Translations under genes and position numbers: made by a program
Shown: in pieces, positions 41,615 through 54,813 of the stretch
Position numbering within the stretch: position 1 is the stretch's first letter
Layout of the letters: the number at the start of each line of letters is the position of its first letter
Notes under the pieces: model-generated
The model's database searches: none
What the model was told of the DNA's origin: nothing
What the model saw: only the letters and a program-made list of their open reading frames with translations
From: Spironucleus salmonicida
Taxonomy: Eukaryota
Direction of reading: 5' to 3'
Assembly: GCF_000497125.1 (NCBI RefSeq)
Contig: NC_090598.1
Span: 310,001 to 374,000 of the forward strand
Length of the DNA stretch: 64,000 bases

Positions 41615-44476
41615 TCACTCAACCTTACTGTACCAGGCTACAAATGCTTTAAATTAGTATTGCAACCTATGCACTTGCAGATACTGCAATAATTCATGTT
41701 ATATTTCTTGTAAGTCGCCTTCAGTTTGGAACGAGAAAACAAACTTGCGACCCTACCAAAGCCGCTGGTCTGCTACTAAATCGCGCTTTCCACCAGCCCA
41801 ATTCCGTAAAGAATTAAGGTAAAAATTATCGGCTATTTCGAGAGAATTAAGCAAGTTATTCTGCTTAAATGACCGCTGCTCTTTCACTTTCTAATTCATT
41901 AAATTCAAGCATTTTGCCTTTAAATCAAAATCCTGCTTATTCATTATTATATCTGAAACAAGTGAAATACGATACAATTTTTTCCACTTCTTCAAACTGT
42001 GAATTATTGAAAATTTGTTATATTTAACTTCTACAATTCTTATTAGCGTTAAATGATTTCGCCAATTTTGCAAAATTTGAGCCAAAATGATCGGATTTGC
42101 GATTTTTTGAGCCAGAAAAGTACGATTTTTCCACTCAAAAAACACGTTCAAAGCGAAATTGAATTGCGTTTTTCGCTCCTAAATAAATTTTGCCTTTTGC
42201 AATTTTTAGCTCTTTTAACGCACAAATTGGAACGTTTTGGCCAGCTTTTTAGACTCAAAATCGAACTGGTAACTCGCGATCAGCGAGGCCTCGTAAAACG
42301 ACTATTTTAGCGCTTTGAAGGCCCGAAAACGCAGTTTTTGCTCGTACGATTTCGTCGTTTTTAGCACTGAATTTTCGGCTTAAACGGCGTTTGAAAGGCT
42401 CAAAAGTGCGATTTTCGGCAGCTAATTTTGCTCGTAAAACTCCTATTTCCACCAGTTTTGGGCCGCTTTTGCGAAGAGTTTTTTGAGCAATTTCCGCTTT
42501 CGCAGTTCGGTCGACAGCGCCTCAAAAGTGGTCCTTTGCACCTTCCCAGCGATTCTGTGGCTTAAGAGATTTCCCTTTTCGCGCGATTCCCTGAAAATCG
42601 TTGTTAGGGCGTTCCAGTTCAAATAAAAGGGTTTTACGAGAGTTATTTCTTGAAGAAGTGATATAATGACGGTGAAATTAGAGTTTCGGCGCTTTTCTGC
42701 ATCGATTAGGCGCTTCCAGTGCTAAATTTGCCTTCTCATGATAATCAGTTTGAAAAATCTGTCAGCTTTTACCTGCTGGGTGGTTGTCAAGAGCTGCTTT
42801 GACAGTTAAAATAGCGTTTTGAAGTATTTTTAGCATATTATGGTCGTTTAAAAAGTTGAAATAATGTTCTGACTGCATAGTTTTTGCACCTGTGTGGCCT
42901 TACCAAACCTGCTGATATATCTTTTTAGAAGGTTTCGTTAGGAATAGTCAGTTTCGATTCGGATATAATATTGCTATTTTAGATGCTTTGAGTACCAATT
43001 GTGGAAGCATTATGCAGTTATGTACAATTTGCTACGGATAGTTACTGCATCTTAAATATCAGATCTTTCAATTTGGCGTTACAAGTCCGATGGCAAATTT
43101 TCTAAATCTAAAATTGATCTTTCATGATTGATATAAAACAATTTGTTCGAACATGAAAGAAGCAATTTGTGCTCTTTGATTTACTAAAGATATTATTTTG
43201 TATTAAATTAAACCAATTTTGTATCTATTTTATTTGTAGTTTATGATATTTTTACTGCAGGTACTTGAAAAATTGAAAGTCTGCTTTATACGAGCAAATT
43301 AGAAATTGAATTCGGATACTTTTAACTATGCAAAATAATTTATGAAAATTTGAATTTGTTAGTTAAAGGAATGAAAAATGAAAATAATTTAGTCTGATAT
43401 TAAGTATATAAACCTTTATAGTAATTAATATCCCTATAAAAATCTTAATCTTCAATAGGATGAGAATTTGCTGATTCGATGAATTTAATATCTGTTTTAT
43501 TATTTAATGTACTTCCCAATAGCTTAGTTCTTAGCATCATTTTTCTATTTATTTTATTTTTAAGATGAGTAAAATTTAAACACAACAGCTATTAAATATA
43601 GAAATTATCGGCACAATTTTCGATTTATTTTTCGTTAAATGCAAGATACATAAAATTGAAAAGAAACTGCATATATTTACCATTACATATTTATACGGCA
43701 ATTTCATTATTATTTAGATTGTTTGATACTGTATTTTTCCATTAATAAAATATATTAGAACTACCTCTATTTTGTATGGTTTTTATCTAATTAATTTTAT
43801 AAATATGTCTTAAAAGAAGAAAAACGTTTGCATATTATATTTCAATATTACTTATATTAAGAGCATTGATAAGTTTTTTCTTTAGTCTTTATATTTTGAA
43901 ATTGGATTTAATAATTGTTAAAAGCAATTAATTTTATCTTTATTTTATCATTTATTTGTTGATTTCCATATTTTAACTTTTAAGTACAATCAATCTGCTT
44001 ACTATTATTAAAATAGACTCTTTAAACTTTAAAGTAGTTGAGTTAATAATCTAGTTAATAGCATTAATACGCTAAGCATTAAATAAGTGATTTCTATTGA
44101 TTAAATGTTAAAATTATCTGTAAAATTTCTTATATTATAAATTTTATGGAATTTTTGGCTTTATAAGCAGTAGTAATTCGGACTCAGGAATAATTTTTTA
44201 TATAATTTTAGAAGCTTAAGGAAGCTCAACGTCTGGCTTATCAGTAACCGATAAATTTTACTCTCTAGCAGTATTTTATGAGTGAATTTTAATTTTAAGA
44301 GGATTAGTTATATCTAGATCACCTAATAATAATTTCTTGCTTGCGACCCTTTTAATAGCTCTTCTTGGTTCTGGAGCGGGTAAAGGTGGTGGAGACTAAG
44401 CCATTTCCTATAATGCTTTTTATCTATCTAGTTTTCTTTGGAGCCTTTTAGATTAAATTTATTCTAAATCCTGCAT
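41615..44476 (-). CDS. Sfi1-like centrin-binding repeat protein, 953 aa
   Basis: Repeated Trp motifs: CFHNWYSK, ADRFFKLIIMRRQIQHWKR, FFEWKNR, LQNWRNH, LKKWKKL, AFVAWYSK. Confidence 0.75.
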
Positions 44477-44525
44477 TTTTGCTAAAAATTATATGATATA
44501 TTATTATATAATTTACTTATCAAAG

Positions 44526-45104
44526 TCACTTTTTATTGTGGTGGAAAATATAAAAACCAAGTGCATCTACTAATATTAAAGCACCACTTATACTCCATAG
44601 AGTTATGTTTACCAATTTTTCTACTTTTTTCATATGAGATACTAATTTATTTGCTTATCCTGTATTTTATACAATATTCGTAGTAGTCCCAGAAATACCT
44701 CTCATCTATTAGTTTTATTAACCTAGTACGTTAACTACATCAGTAGCAATAGTATTTGCTTCATCCATCATTTGATCAGTATCATTAAGGTACATATTAG
44801 CCTCTGCTAAATTTTTATTCTATCCATATTTAGGTTAACTAACCGTTTAAGCATTAACAAGTTATTCTAACTCTTACAATTCGGTGTTTAACTTTCGTAG
44901 TGCACTTTAAGAGTTAGTATACTCTTGTCCTTTAAGTTTGGATATATAGCTTGAAGCATTCACAAAAGTCTATCTTGCTTATGTTGTTATATTTTTAGCC
45001 TATGGTATACCATTCACACCTTTTTATATGCTGATTTTAGCCTACCTTACAGAATTCTAAACTTCCTATGCAAGATCTAAAAATTAATCATACTATTCAG
45101 ACAT
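44526..45104 (-). CDS. Qb-SNARE, Vti1-like, 192 aa
   Basis: Helical N-terminal domain; SNARE motif EANTIATDVVNVLGQQNQQMRGI; C-terminal TM. Confidence 0.8.
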
Positions 45105-45217
45105 TTTACGATTTAAGTTGAAGTGGGAATTGCTAAAAATATATATAATAGTTATATATATTGAGAATCTGATTCGTACATAATCATATTATATAAAGGT
45201 ATTTATATTAATCAACA

Positions 45218-45224
45218 CCACTCC
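45218..45224 (+). promoter_or_regulatory. C-rich upstream box CCACTCC
   Basis: 9 nt upstream of ATG 45234. Confidence 0.55.
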
Positions 45225-45233
45225 ATAAATCAA

Positions 45234-48200
45234 ATGAAAAGCAAATAAAATATTTACTATTCTGAGCATCCCATCATAGCAGTGAAGTAACTTCCAAACT
45301 AATAAATCTTAGCTGTATCCCATCGTCATATAACGATTTTTTCAGTTAAAAAAACGTTAGTTTCTAATATTTAGTTACCACCTGCATATAGGATTTGTCA
45401 AGCAACAGTACATTCTACTTACATCTCTGCATTGGTCTCATCTGCCTCTCATGCTTTTCCTGCTATTTTCGATTTTGCTGGAACAGTTATATCTGATGCT
45501 GAAGCGCGTTCTCTTCCAGTATTTTATGCTGCGGCAGAATAAGCAGTTTTTACTGCTTAGGATAATAATCTCTATCAGTTTGGTTATTCATCACCTTCTA
45601 CTTAAAAAATTTATACCTGTAAAGGAAAAATTAGTTCAGTAACCACTGGAAAATTTTTAAATGAAGACTGTGTGTTTATTGGCGAGAACAGAAAAATTAC
45701 TATAATATAAGATGGTCACAGAGTTGCTGAAATGACCTTCTCAGGTATTCCTTTAAAAATAGTTTATAACCAATTTTTATAATAATTATTTTGTGTCGGT
45801 TTAGATAATACAATATCTTTTTATGATCTTAAATTTGCATCAATTAATGTGAAAAATGGGCCATTTTTAAAAATTTAATAAAACTCATGCGCAAAATTAA
45901 AAATCTCTTGTGTTAAAAGTATTGATAATGGTTATTTAATTGCTGACGATAATGGTAGGCTTTTAAAGACAGAGATCCGCGAATATCAAATGAAGGACAA
46001 TAAACGTAATAGTTAGTTTTTAAAAATAGCTGAAAAACTTCCTTCTAATATTTTTATCACTGGATGGACGCAATGTTTCAGTGGTAAAGTCAATGATATG
46101 AGCATACTAGGCGATGATATTTGTTGCTGTTCGAATTATGTTGTTCTAGAAACTAATCTCACTAGTATGATAAATATTGATGATGATGTTTGTTTAAGCT
46201 TTGGCTATTCGAATGATAGCTGGGAATTATATCAGTAAGTCTATAAAACCTTTTAATTGTAATCTGCCGATGATTTCTTTATCTCAGCTGAATAAGTGGA
46301 TTAAGATGCTGAGATTAAAACACAATTAATTATGTTGGAAAAAGCATTTAAAAACTTAGTAATAGATGTGTATCATATTTTCAGAGTATTTATGCTAGCG
46401 AATAAAAATATTTAATAACCATTTTATATTATGTAAAATGCTTATTCGGTTAAATAAGATATTGATAAATTTACAAAATAATTTTTTGTCAAAACTAAAT
46501 CTGAGCCACTAGAAGCAATTAATAACTACTAATTTACTCCTTTTATAATGAGTTAATACAAATCTTTAGCTTTTCTAGTTCGAAGTCTATAGAAGCGGTA
46601 TAGAACAAGTTTGGATGCACTGAAAAACTTACATACTTTCTTAGGACCAAGATTAAAGGATTTGAAAGAAGTATCTCAATAGGTACGCGAAATGACATTA
46701 GTATAATTTTAAGAATGGGTTTAAAGTAGTTTAAATGAGACTAAATAATTTATTACTGATAAATTTGATTTTGAAAAGGATTTAGTCTTATAATATAACG
46801 AGGATAATTACTCTATACAACAACTTAGATATTTTAAGAATAAACTATAAGCAGTCACTAGGGCTGCTGTATAAGTATCTAATAATAGGATCAATGATAG
46901 ATTTTCATAAACTATTAGCGAAATATTTGACTAGTTTAATTAAAAGTTACCTTTATATTTAATAGCCGATGGTTATGGTAATGTTTAAAAGCTCATCGAT
47001 ATTAAAAAGTTATAATACGATTCGATTCTAGGTAATTATGATTTAGTTTAATAGTTATCAGCATCTGATTTAAATAAGCCAGAAAAGTTTATTATAGTTC
47101 CTGGATCTATGAATAGATAAATGTATTATATTAATTAAATTAATTCCATTCGTGAGCATAATTATAAAGTGTTTAAATCAGATTAAAAAGATCTAACAAA
47201 TATACACTAAGAATTGAAATTTGATAAGTCATATCTCTCATCTCTAAATTTAGTTTATATGCAAGAGATATATGATTGTTTTGAAATGCATACTAGTTAA
47301 TAGTTTTTAGTATACAGATCGTTCTAATCTCAGGCTTCTTTTGAACAAACTTAGAATGTGATATCATCGATTAACAAAGAATTTAGAGGTAGATTTTAAC
47401 TATTAGAACCTTATGAATTTTAGTAAAGCCATACTGACACTAACTTTTTCTAATATATTTTCCATAGACCTAGAAATACGATCAGATTATCCGAGCTAAT
47501 ATAGTTTTTTGTATAAAAATATAATGTCATTCATCTATCTAATGTTCCTGATAAGAAAGTTTATTCGCCAAAGGCTGAATAATTCTTCAAAACGACTATT
47601 TATGGAGAAAAGGAAATAGCGATTATTCTTAAGAATTTGTTAGACTTTGTACTATTTATTTAAAAGTAAGAGAAGCTTACTATAGGTTTGGATCCTAGAA
47701 AGCCCAAGGTTCATGGTAAAATAACTCCTCATAATGTATTCCTAAATTTAGATAGCTTAGAAGTTCATGTACCCTATCTTTTCGAAAATAGAACGTTTGA
47801 AAATAGAAACCCTCTTTATACTACATTGGTGGACGATATTTGTTGGGAGGCGCCAGAATGTGTTTTAGCTGGAACTCATGTAAACACCGATCTTTGGTCT
47901 TTAGGTATGATTACTATTGCACTTATTTACACCTTTATGTACTTACCGAGAGCTGCGAAATCCTCAAGAGATAATATTAGACCACTTTCATTAGTATTGT
48001 CTAATATCGGAACTTTTTATACTCTAACAGAAGAAATTCATTAGTAGAACATTCAACTTTTATCTAGTTAGAAAACTAAAACTGACCCTTTTACAGCATA
48101 AAAATTTGTACCTAATTAACCTCAATTAAAATTATTAATTTCTGTCCTCAGAGCACAAGCATCTATCTCAACAGACCTTAGAGCTATGCCAACTATTGAA

Positions 48201-49412
48201 ATAGCACAGAAAATCTCTACAGCTTTTATTAATTCTTAGGAAGTTTAATTCAGTTAATTTATCTTATAATAAGCTATTTTCTAACCAGTAGTCAATGAAA
48301 ATTAATAAGCTGGGTCATTGGGACGTATTTTTGAAACAAATACATAAACTACCTAAATTTTATACTCTATTATTTCCAAAGAATTATAAGCAATTCTGAG
48401 AGCTCTATTGCGCTTTTCACCAGGAGCTCGACCTCCTGCAGAAGCAATAAGAAAAGATCCTATTTTTACAGCAATTCAAGAAACTTAAAAATTAAAAATT
48501 GTTAAATGGAATAATGCTATTAATATGATGAAAGCTGCTAAAATGCAAAAAGAAAAGAAAGTAATAGTCAACGCATGGGAAAATCCCAAATCATATGAAA
48601 GAGGTGTAGTTTAGTAAGAGGTTGGTGTTAAAATTAACAAAAAATTAATTTAAATGGAAGATTAATTTGAAGCTGAGATAGCCTCATTCTAGAAAATGCA
48701 CGAAAGCGTACTATTAGACTTAGACGAGAGTTAGTTCATCATGGAAGACTATAAGTTAAAATCTGTTAAACATGAGGAAATATCAGTAAAAGAGCAATCA
48801 GATTTTGAAGAAAGTAATGATTAGATAGAAATGTTCATGAATAAAGATGACTTTTAACAAATGTATGATTACGAGCTTAGTGACGACATCAAATTCGTTG
48901 GATCAGGCACCGTTTCAGAGGATAGTTGCGATAGTGTTGTTAGTATTAAATTTTAGAAAACTGAGGAAGAAAAATAAGCGGAATACAAAGCATATTAATA
49001 GTAGCACAAGGCCAAAGAACATGCTTTACTTCAAAAAGAAACAGATGAAATCAAACAGCAAATGGAAGAGCTTGATTTAGAGAAATAAATCCCCGAAGAT
49101 GACGATATTGAGAAAGAGGCTGCAATTTACGAGCACGAATAAGAAGAAAAAGTAGAGAATGAAAACGTGTATTATGACGACTAAGGAAATGCACATTATT
49201 ACGATTAGGAGTAATAATAACCCGAAATTTATGAACAACCCAAGGAGATGCATTAGGATCCTTATGCCACAAATTATAACTAGTACTAACAATACGGTTA
49301 AGACACCCAAAAGCAGGAATACGATCCTTACGGCGAATATGCTTACGAATAGCAACCAGCTGATCAGAATGGTCATAACGATTCCAACACCTTTGACCCG
49401 TTCGCGATGTGA
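45234..49412 (+). CDS. Large protein: beta-propeller-like N-terminus, helical region, pseudokinase domain, acidic Tyr/Gln tail, 1392 aa
   Basis: VHGKITPHNVFL (no HRD Asp), no DFG, WEAPE, TDLWSLGMI, ALLRFSPGARP; tail with DPY, DPY, DPF. Confidence 0.8.
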
Positions 49413-49423
49413 AAAACGTAACT

Positions 49424-50314
49424 TCACTTTACTAACTAGATGTCTTTTGACTCTTTTGGCTCCTGTGGAAGCTGCTTCGAACTGAACTGTAATTTTGAGA
49501 TCAGACCCTCTAGTTCCTCGTCTACTTCTTCCTAGTACTAGTTTCGTTCCAATTTTTATTGATATTCAATCTCGCAGACGTCGAATTCGACTAGCTAGAC
49601 AAGCGAATCTTCCTTCAGATCTAACCACCTGTAGTCGATTATTTCAGTTTTTCCATATAAATAATACAGTCCGTGCACGTTACCTAAGAAGTCAGTAGCC
49701 TTGACGTAAAGTTGAATGAGTGTCAACAGCCAAACTGGTCCTATAACGATCAAATCCTCGAACCCCATGCACATTAACTGCTATATAATTCTTGTTGGTA
49801 GCGTTTTTGAGATGACATTCTTAGTCTAACATGTATTTGTGCAGAGCACCTTCAGCCTATTGGATTTAGCAGAATACTTATCTGCGTAGATAAGATTATC
49901 AGGGGAATGACACGAAATCATATGATAATAGCTGCCTCCGTTTACCTTATCAAAGTAGAATGCCAGAGAAGTTGATAGCTCGTGTGAGATCACAACTGAT
50001 TAACTATTAAATTTCGGAGGATCAATACTGATCACTTGGGGGATAAATTGATAGTCTATAGCTAGCTTATTATGTTCCTGTGATTTTAAAAATATTTTAA
50101 CTCTGTGCGCTTGAGAATTAACAACAAATGAGAATACACCGTCAAAGTATAATAATGATCCTACTTTTAACTAAGTCCCAGTTTCAAGAACTATTGAAAA
50201 TATATCATATCTCAGTCTACGTATTTCATATATAATACACCCCTACTGGTGTTCCTCCGTGTGTAATACGGTTGAAATTCCAGTCGTAGGGTTCTCACCA
50301 CACCCGCAGCCCAT
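49424..50314 (-). CDS. MGCGC-initiated protein with possible degenerate FNR-like fold, 296 aa
   Basis: MGCGC N-terminus; IYEIRRLRYDIFSIVL..LKVG, SCHSPDNLIYAD, LIVIGP; ends AAG TGA. Confidence 0.65.
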
Positions 50315-50395
50315 TTTATCTATTATTTTTTACGATTATAAATGTTAATTAATATAGCAATTCGTGAAGTGGATATTATTATAAATGAAAATTTA

Positions 50396-51082
50396 TCACT
50401 TAAGTGTGTTTTAAGCCTCATTTTCAAAGACTGAGATAGTATCAAAAACACCTTATACGGTGAAAATAGGATCTTTGGCCTTCGCTGTTGCGGCAGTTAA
50501 AATGAAGCCATAAACTCCATCTTAGCATAAGTTAAACAAGTCACCAACATCAGCTCTAGTAGGAGCTGTACCAAATGACATAGTCTAGAATATTTCACCA
50601 GAAACGAAGATTGTCTTACCTTTGAGAGCCTTAATGCTCTTTTTAACGCATCCTGGAACTTCCCATCTTTCGATACCGGTGCTCATCAAGAACTCTCTAT
50701 CAATCAAAACAGACTACTGAGCGGGAATTTAAGTTCTGTCATAAATTGCAATATCACCGTTTTCTGAGATAAATTCAACATTTAAACTATGTTGTTTAAG
50801 CTAATTGGTTTTGATTGCAGAGTTAGTAAGAACTAAAATCTTTAATGAAGATTTCTCTTTGATCATGGAGTATGTTTTCTTGATATCTTCCAATGATGCT
50901 TCCGTACCATTAATGAAGAAACCTGTTAATTACTAAGTCGCATTAAGAGATTCAATTATATCATGGGTTGCAGGGCAAGGTAACTCAGCATAAATTTAAT
51001 GAGTTTTGATAGATTATATTGGAGTTGCCATCATGTTTGCATTATCTTTATAAGGGATGCTATTTGGCGTCTTGTTGTTCAT
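50396..51082 (-). CDS. Truncated pyruvate kinase barrel-like protein, 228 aa
   Basis: GKTIFVSGEIFQTM...APTRADVGDLFNLCQDGVYGFILTAATAKAKDP parallels pyruvate kinase [46 protein letters not shown]. Confidence 0.8.
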
Positions 51083-51220
51083 GATTTGGTGGAATGGTCA
51101 AAGGTATTTAATCTATATAGGATATATACCTAGCGAAAAGTTGCTTTTAAAAAATTGCGCATTTTTATTAGTTTCATCTTATTTTTATATATAAATTTTA
51201 AATTTTAATTCCTTCCTAAT

Positions 51221-52399
51221 ATGTCAGCATTACCTATACCAAAACGACCTATTTTGATGCTAACAACCCATATAGCTAAAACATATAATTAAATTCTTTT
51301 AAATAGCTAGTAAAAGCAATAGTAATCACATTCATCATCTGCTGATGAGAAGGGGTACTTTATTGCTTATGAGAATTAATAAATTAATAACTATTTAGTT
51401 AAAAAAGCTTTAGGATAAGGCTCATTTGGGCGTGTTATGTTAGTTGAGGCAAAAGATAAAAATCTTTACGCTTTAAAAATTTGTCGTTGTTAAGATTACT
51501 TTACCACAGCCATGCGTACTGAAATATCTCTGCTAAAGATGATAAAATAAAAATGTCCTGAACTCACTGTATCTTTTGTAGAAGACTTTGACATAGGTAA
51601 ACATGTTGGTTATGTTATGGAGTATATGGATATGACACTTTATTAAAGGCTAAAAAATACAAGAGGTAAAGGATTTTCACTTAATGAAATTCAACATTTA
51701 ACAAAGTAGTTTGCAAATTGGTTGATTTAACTTGAAGAACTTAATGTTGTTCACACAGATATGAAGCCAGAAAATATGGTTATGAATGCTAATGATCTAG
51801 ATATGAAACTAATAGATTTTGGAAGCGCAATTTTGTTAGAAGAAGGGTCAAGACCATCATATATTTAATCTAGATTTTATAGAGCTCCTGAAATTCTTCT
51901 AGGAGTGTCTTATAATAACAAACTAGATTCATGGAGCTTAGGGGCCTTACTTGTTGAGCTTTACACTACTTATGTAATGTTCCCTGCAAAATCATCACCA
52001 ATGCTATGCAAAACTTACATCTCCCTCTTAGGTCTTCCAGATGAAAAATTTATTCTTTACCAAGATGATTGGAACAACAATTGTATTCGTCATAAAGTAG
52101 AACGATACTTCATTATTGCAGACTAAGCATACTATACAAAACATTAGCTTATCCTTTAGAATTTAAACATACCACAAAATTCGCTTTTTTATCCTACAGA
52201 AGAAGTCCTTTTTGTAGAAGACCGCCCACAATGTCAGCTACGAGATCTATAAGAAATTATCCAAAAAGGCCATCATCAATCAGAATCAACAACTGTGCTT
52301 GAATCTTTCATTGAGCTTATTCAAAATATGCTAGTATATGATTCAGCAGCTCGATGGAGCGGAAAAGAAATATTGGAAAGCAAATTTTTGAATGACTGA
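51221..52399 (+). CDS. DYRK/YAK1-family protein kinase, 392 aa
   Basis: GQGSFG, ALK, HTDMKPEN, DFGSA, YI-Q(TAA)-SRFYRAPE. Confidence 0.93.
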
Positions 52400-52428
52400 T
52401 ATAAACTACATTAAAGTGATTAATTTAG

Positions 52429-53121
52429 TCAAATCACATCGACTACTTCCTTGAAGTCACAAATTTATAGCTCTGATAGACATTAATCAAAATGGTTAAA
52501 AACAAGAGCTGATACATAGCCACTGAACCATCTAAGAATGCATACTGCTCTTGAACTGTTTTGCGCCAAAAATTGTTCCGACTTATTATTTCTTTTTATT
52601 CTTTTAAGTACTTCTATTTTAGATTGCTATAGGGTTGTGAGATCAACTAAATTTTTATCGATAATACTGAAATCTCCTGTCTGTTAAATAAAAGCCTAAA
52701 TTACTATCATGTTGAAATTATTCATTTTAAATAACGTAGCAGGAGCCGCCCTACGATAATTAATAAAATCTGATATAGTAGTATGATTAATTTAAAGATT
52801 TAGAGTTTTATCCGGTAAAAAATGTAATATGTTAAACGGTTCAATTTAAAGCTTCTATATTTAAAGAATTTTCTTGAAATTTGAAAGTTCACTATTAATT
52901 TGATATTTTATTTACTCGAGTTAATCTGCAATTTCTAGCTTTGTGAATAATTTATGTTTTAACTCTATTAACGATCCCTGTGAATAATCGATTTCCATAT
53001 TAAAATGACTGAATATTTTGCCAATAAATTCAAATATTTATCTAGATGCTCTGTTCTGCTGTTATATTTGTTCGGTTAGAGTGAGATTTAAGTCTGCTAA
53101 TTTGGAAATGTGATTTTTCAT
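52429..53121 (-). CDS. Hypothetical helical protein, 230 aa
   Basis: Open frame MKNHISKLADL...EVVDVI*. Confidence 0.7.
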
Positions 53122-53271
53122 TTTTCGAATTAAGGTAGATCAATATATTATATATTAATTGTTTATATTTTTCAAGATATTATTACTAATGTAGTCTGAA
53201 TTTCGATTATATTTGTTAATTCGTTTTATTTATTTTTAAAATATAATATACACAGTGTTCTATATCACTTA

Positions 53272-53278
53272 CCACTCC
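53272..53278 (+). promoter_or_regulatory. C-rich upstream box CCACTCC
   Basis: 4 nt upstream of ATG 53283. Confidence 0.55.
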
Positions 53279-53282
53279 AAAA

Positions 53283-53861
53283 ATGATTATCAAGCCAATT
53301 AATCCAGCAGACTGTCTTCCTGAGCTCTAAGTTAACATCCCCTAGCAGTTCATAAACAACCAACATCAGTAATACCCCGAATTCTTTACGGATTTCTTTA
53401 AAACATCAGGTCACGATTTGTCATCTTTCCCTCAAGATTGCCGTGCAGATACCCTGCTGAAAATGCATTTTCCAGGCTAAATCGGAGCCCCAGAAGAGCG
53501 TTTTGTGCAGCTGCTGAATTTTGCAACAAATTTCTACAAGGAACTGATCCAATCAACGCAGAAGATGGGTGAAACGACAAACAAGCATTTTCACTTTTTG
53601 CTGGGTACGGCCCACGCCAAGCAGCTCAGATACACGATCGCCAACGATCCCGAAGCCAGAATGCGCATGCTCGAATTTGGAGCAGAAACTTTGCGTTATT
53701 TGGGAAGCGACTTCAGTGAATTTGAAGCGAAAATTCAAATTGTGCACTAAATTGCAGTTCATGTCGCAATTTTGAGAAGTGAAATGACCGAGTTTCAGGA
53801 CTTCTAGGATTTTGATGAAGCAGACCCGTTTGTGAGACTCTTTGCGGTTTGCCAGGAATGA
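53283..53861 (+). CDS. Hypothetical protein, 192 aa
   Basis: MIIKPINPADCLPEL...FAVCQE*; contains track ORF 53505..53750. Confidence 0.8.
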
Positions 53862-53964
53862 TGGTATAATTTCTCATATATTGTATTATATGATAAGCAT
53901 TAGATCGGGTGAAACTGATTTACAGTTAAAATAATATTATATATTAATATTAAATATTTGAGAA

Positions 53965-54768
53965 ATGTAGAATTTTTTGAAGCTACATTTAAGGCCTGTC
54001 TTCATTAATGGAAGCTACTACAGGACACCATTAACCGCGTTGAATGTATCTATTCCAGATGATATGTTCACGATTTAAATTAATTGTGTTACGTTTCCAT
54101 ACTTTTCTCTATCAAATGCAGAGCTGATTGTTATAAAGGCAGGAATTTCGGTCTAACAATATAGATTACAAGCTATAAATCTCATTCACCTCATTATTAC
54201 GAATTATCCTTCGTACAGCTCGGTTTTTTATGAGGATTTTTAATCGCTAACTGATAATTTTTAGCTTTTGCAGTCAAGTGAAAAACGTTAGCTGCTTCGC
54301 ACTGTTAATTCCACTTAAGACTATTTCTATACTTCTGAAATTCTATTATAAATTTAACTTAATTAGCTATTACTTTTTCCAGAAGAACTATATTTCTTAG
54401 CCCTATATTACTCAAAAACTCCATTCGATCCATTGAAATTGATTAATATTTTGTGCGCGTTACTACCTCTTAAAGGAATATCTTAGATCTTAGAGATAGC
54501 ATTTTTAGACGAATAATTTCGAATTAAATTTGACGATTATCCTGAGCTATTTACTGAAATTGATGTATTTTAAGGGTTAGAAACTTGCCCCAAATATATA
54601 GCTTATTAGAAAAATAAAAAAGAAAATATATCAGTTAAGGTTGCTGCTCGGTTGGGAGAAGAAGTAAATGACATCTTTTTGGATATTTTGAGGAATGCTG
54701 ATGATGAGGGTGCAGAGATGGCGGATAAGCTATAGTCTGGGGAATATATAGATTTTGATGATATTTGA
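53965..54768 (+). CDS. Hypothetical protein, 267 aa
   Basis: Open frame MQNFLKLHL...EYIDFDDI*. Confidence 0.75.
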
Positions 54769-54813
54769 TAAATTTTCTTAAAATTAGATAATTGTGATTA
54801 TTTAGGATTATAA

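Noticed and set aside
48847-49698. Cluster of overlapping standard-code ORFs
   Set aside because: Off-frame or antisense shadows of the genes at 45234-49412 and 49424-50314.
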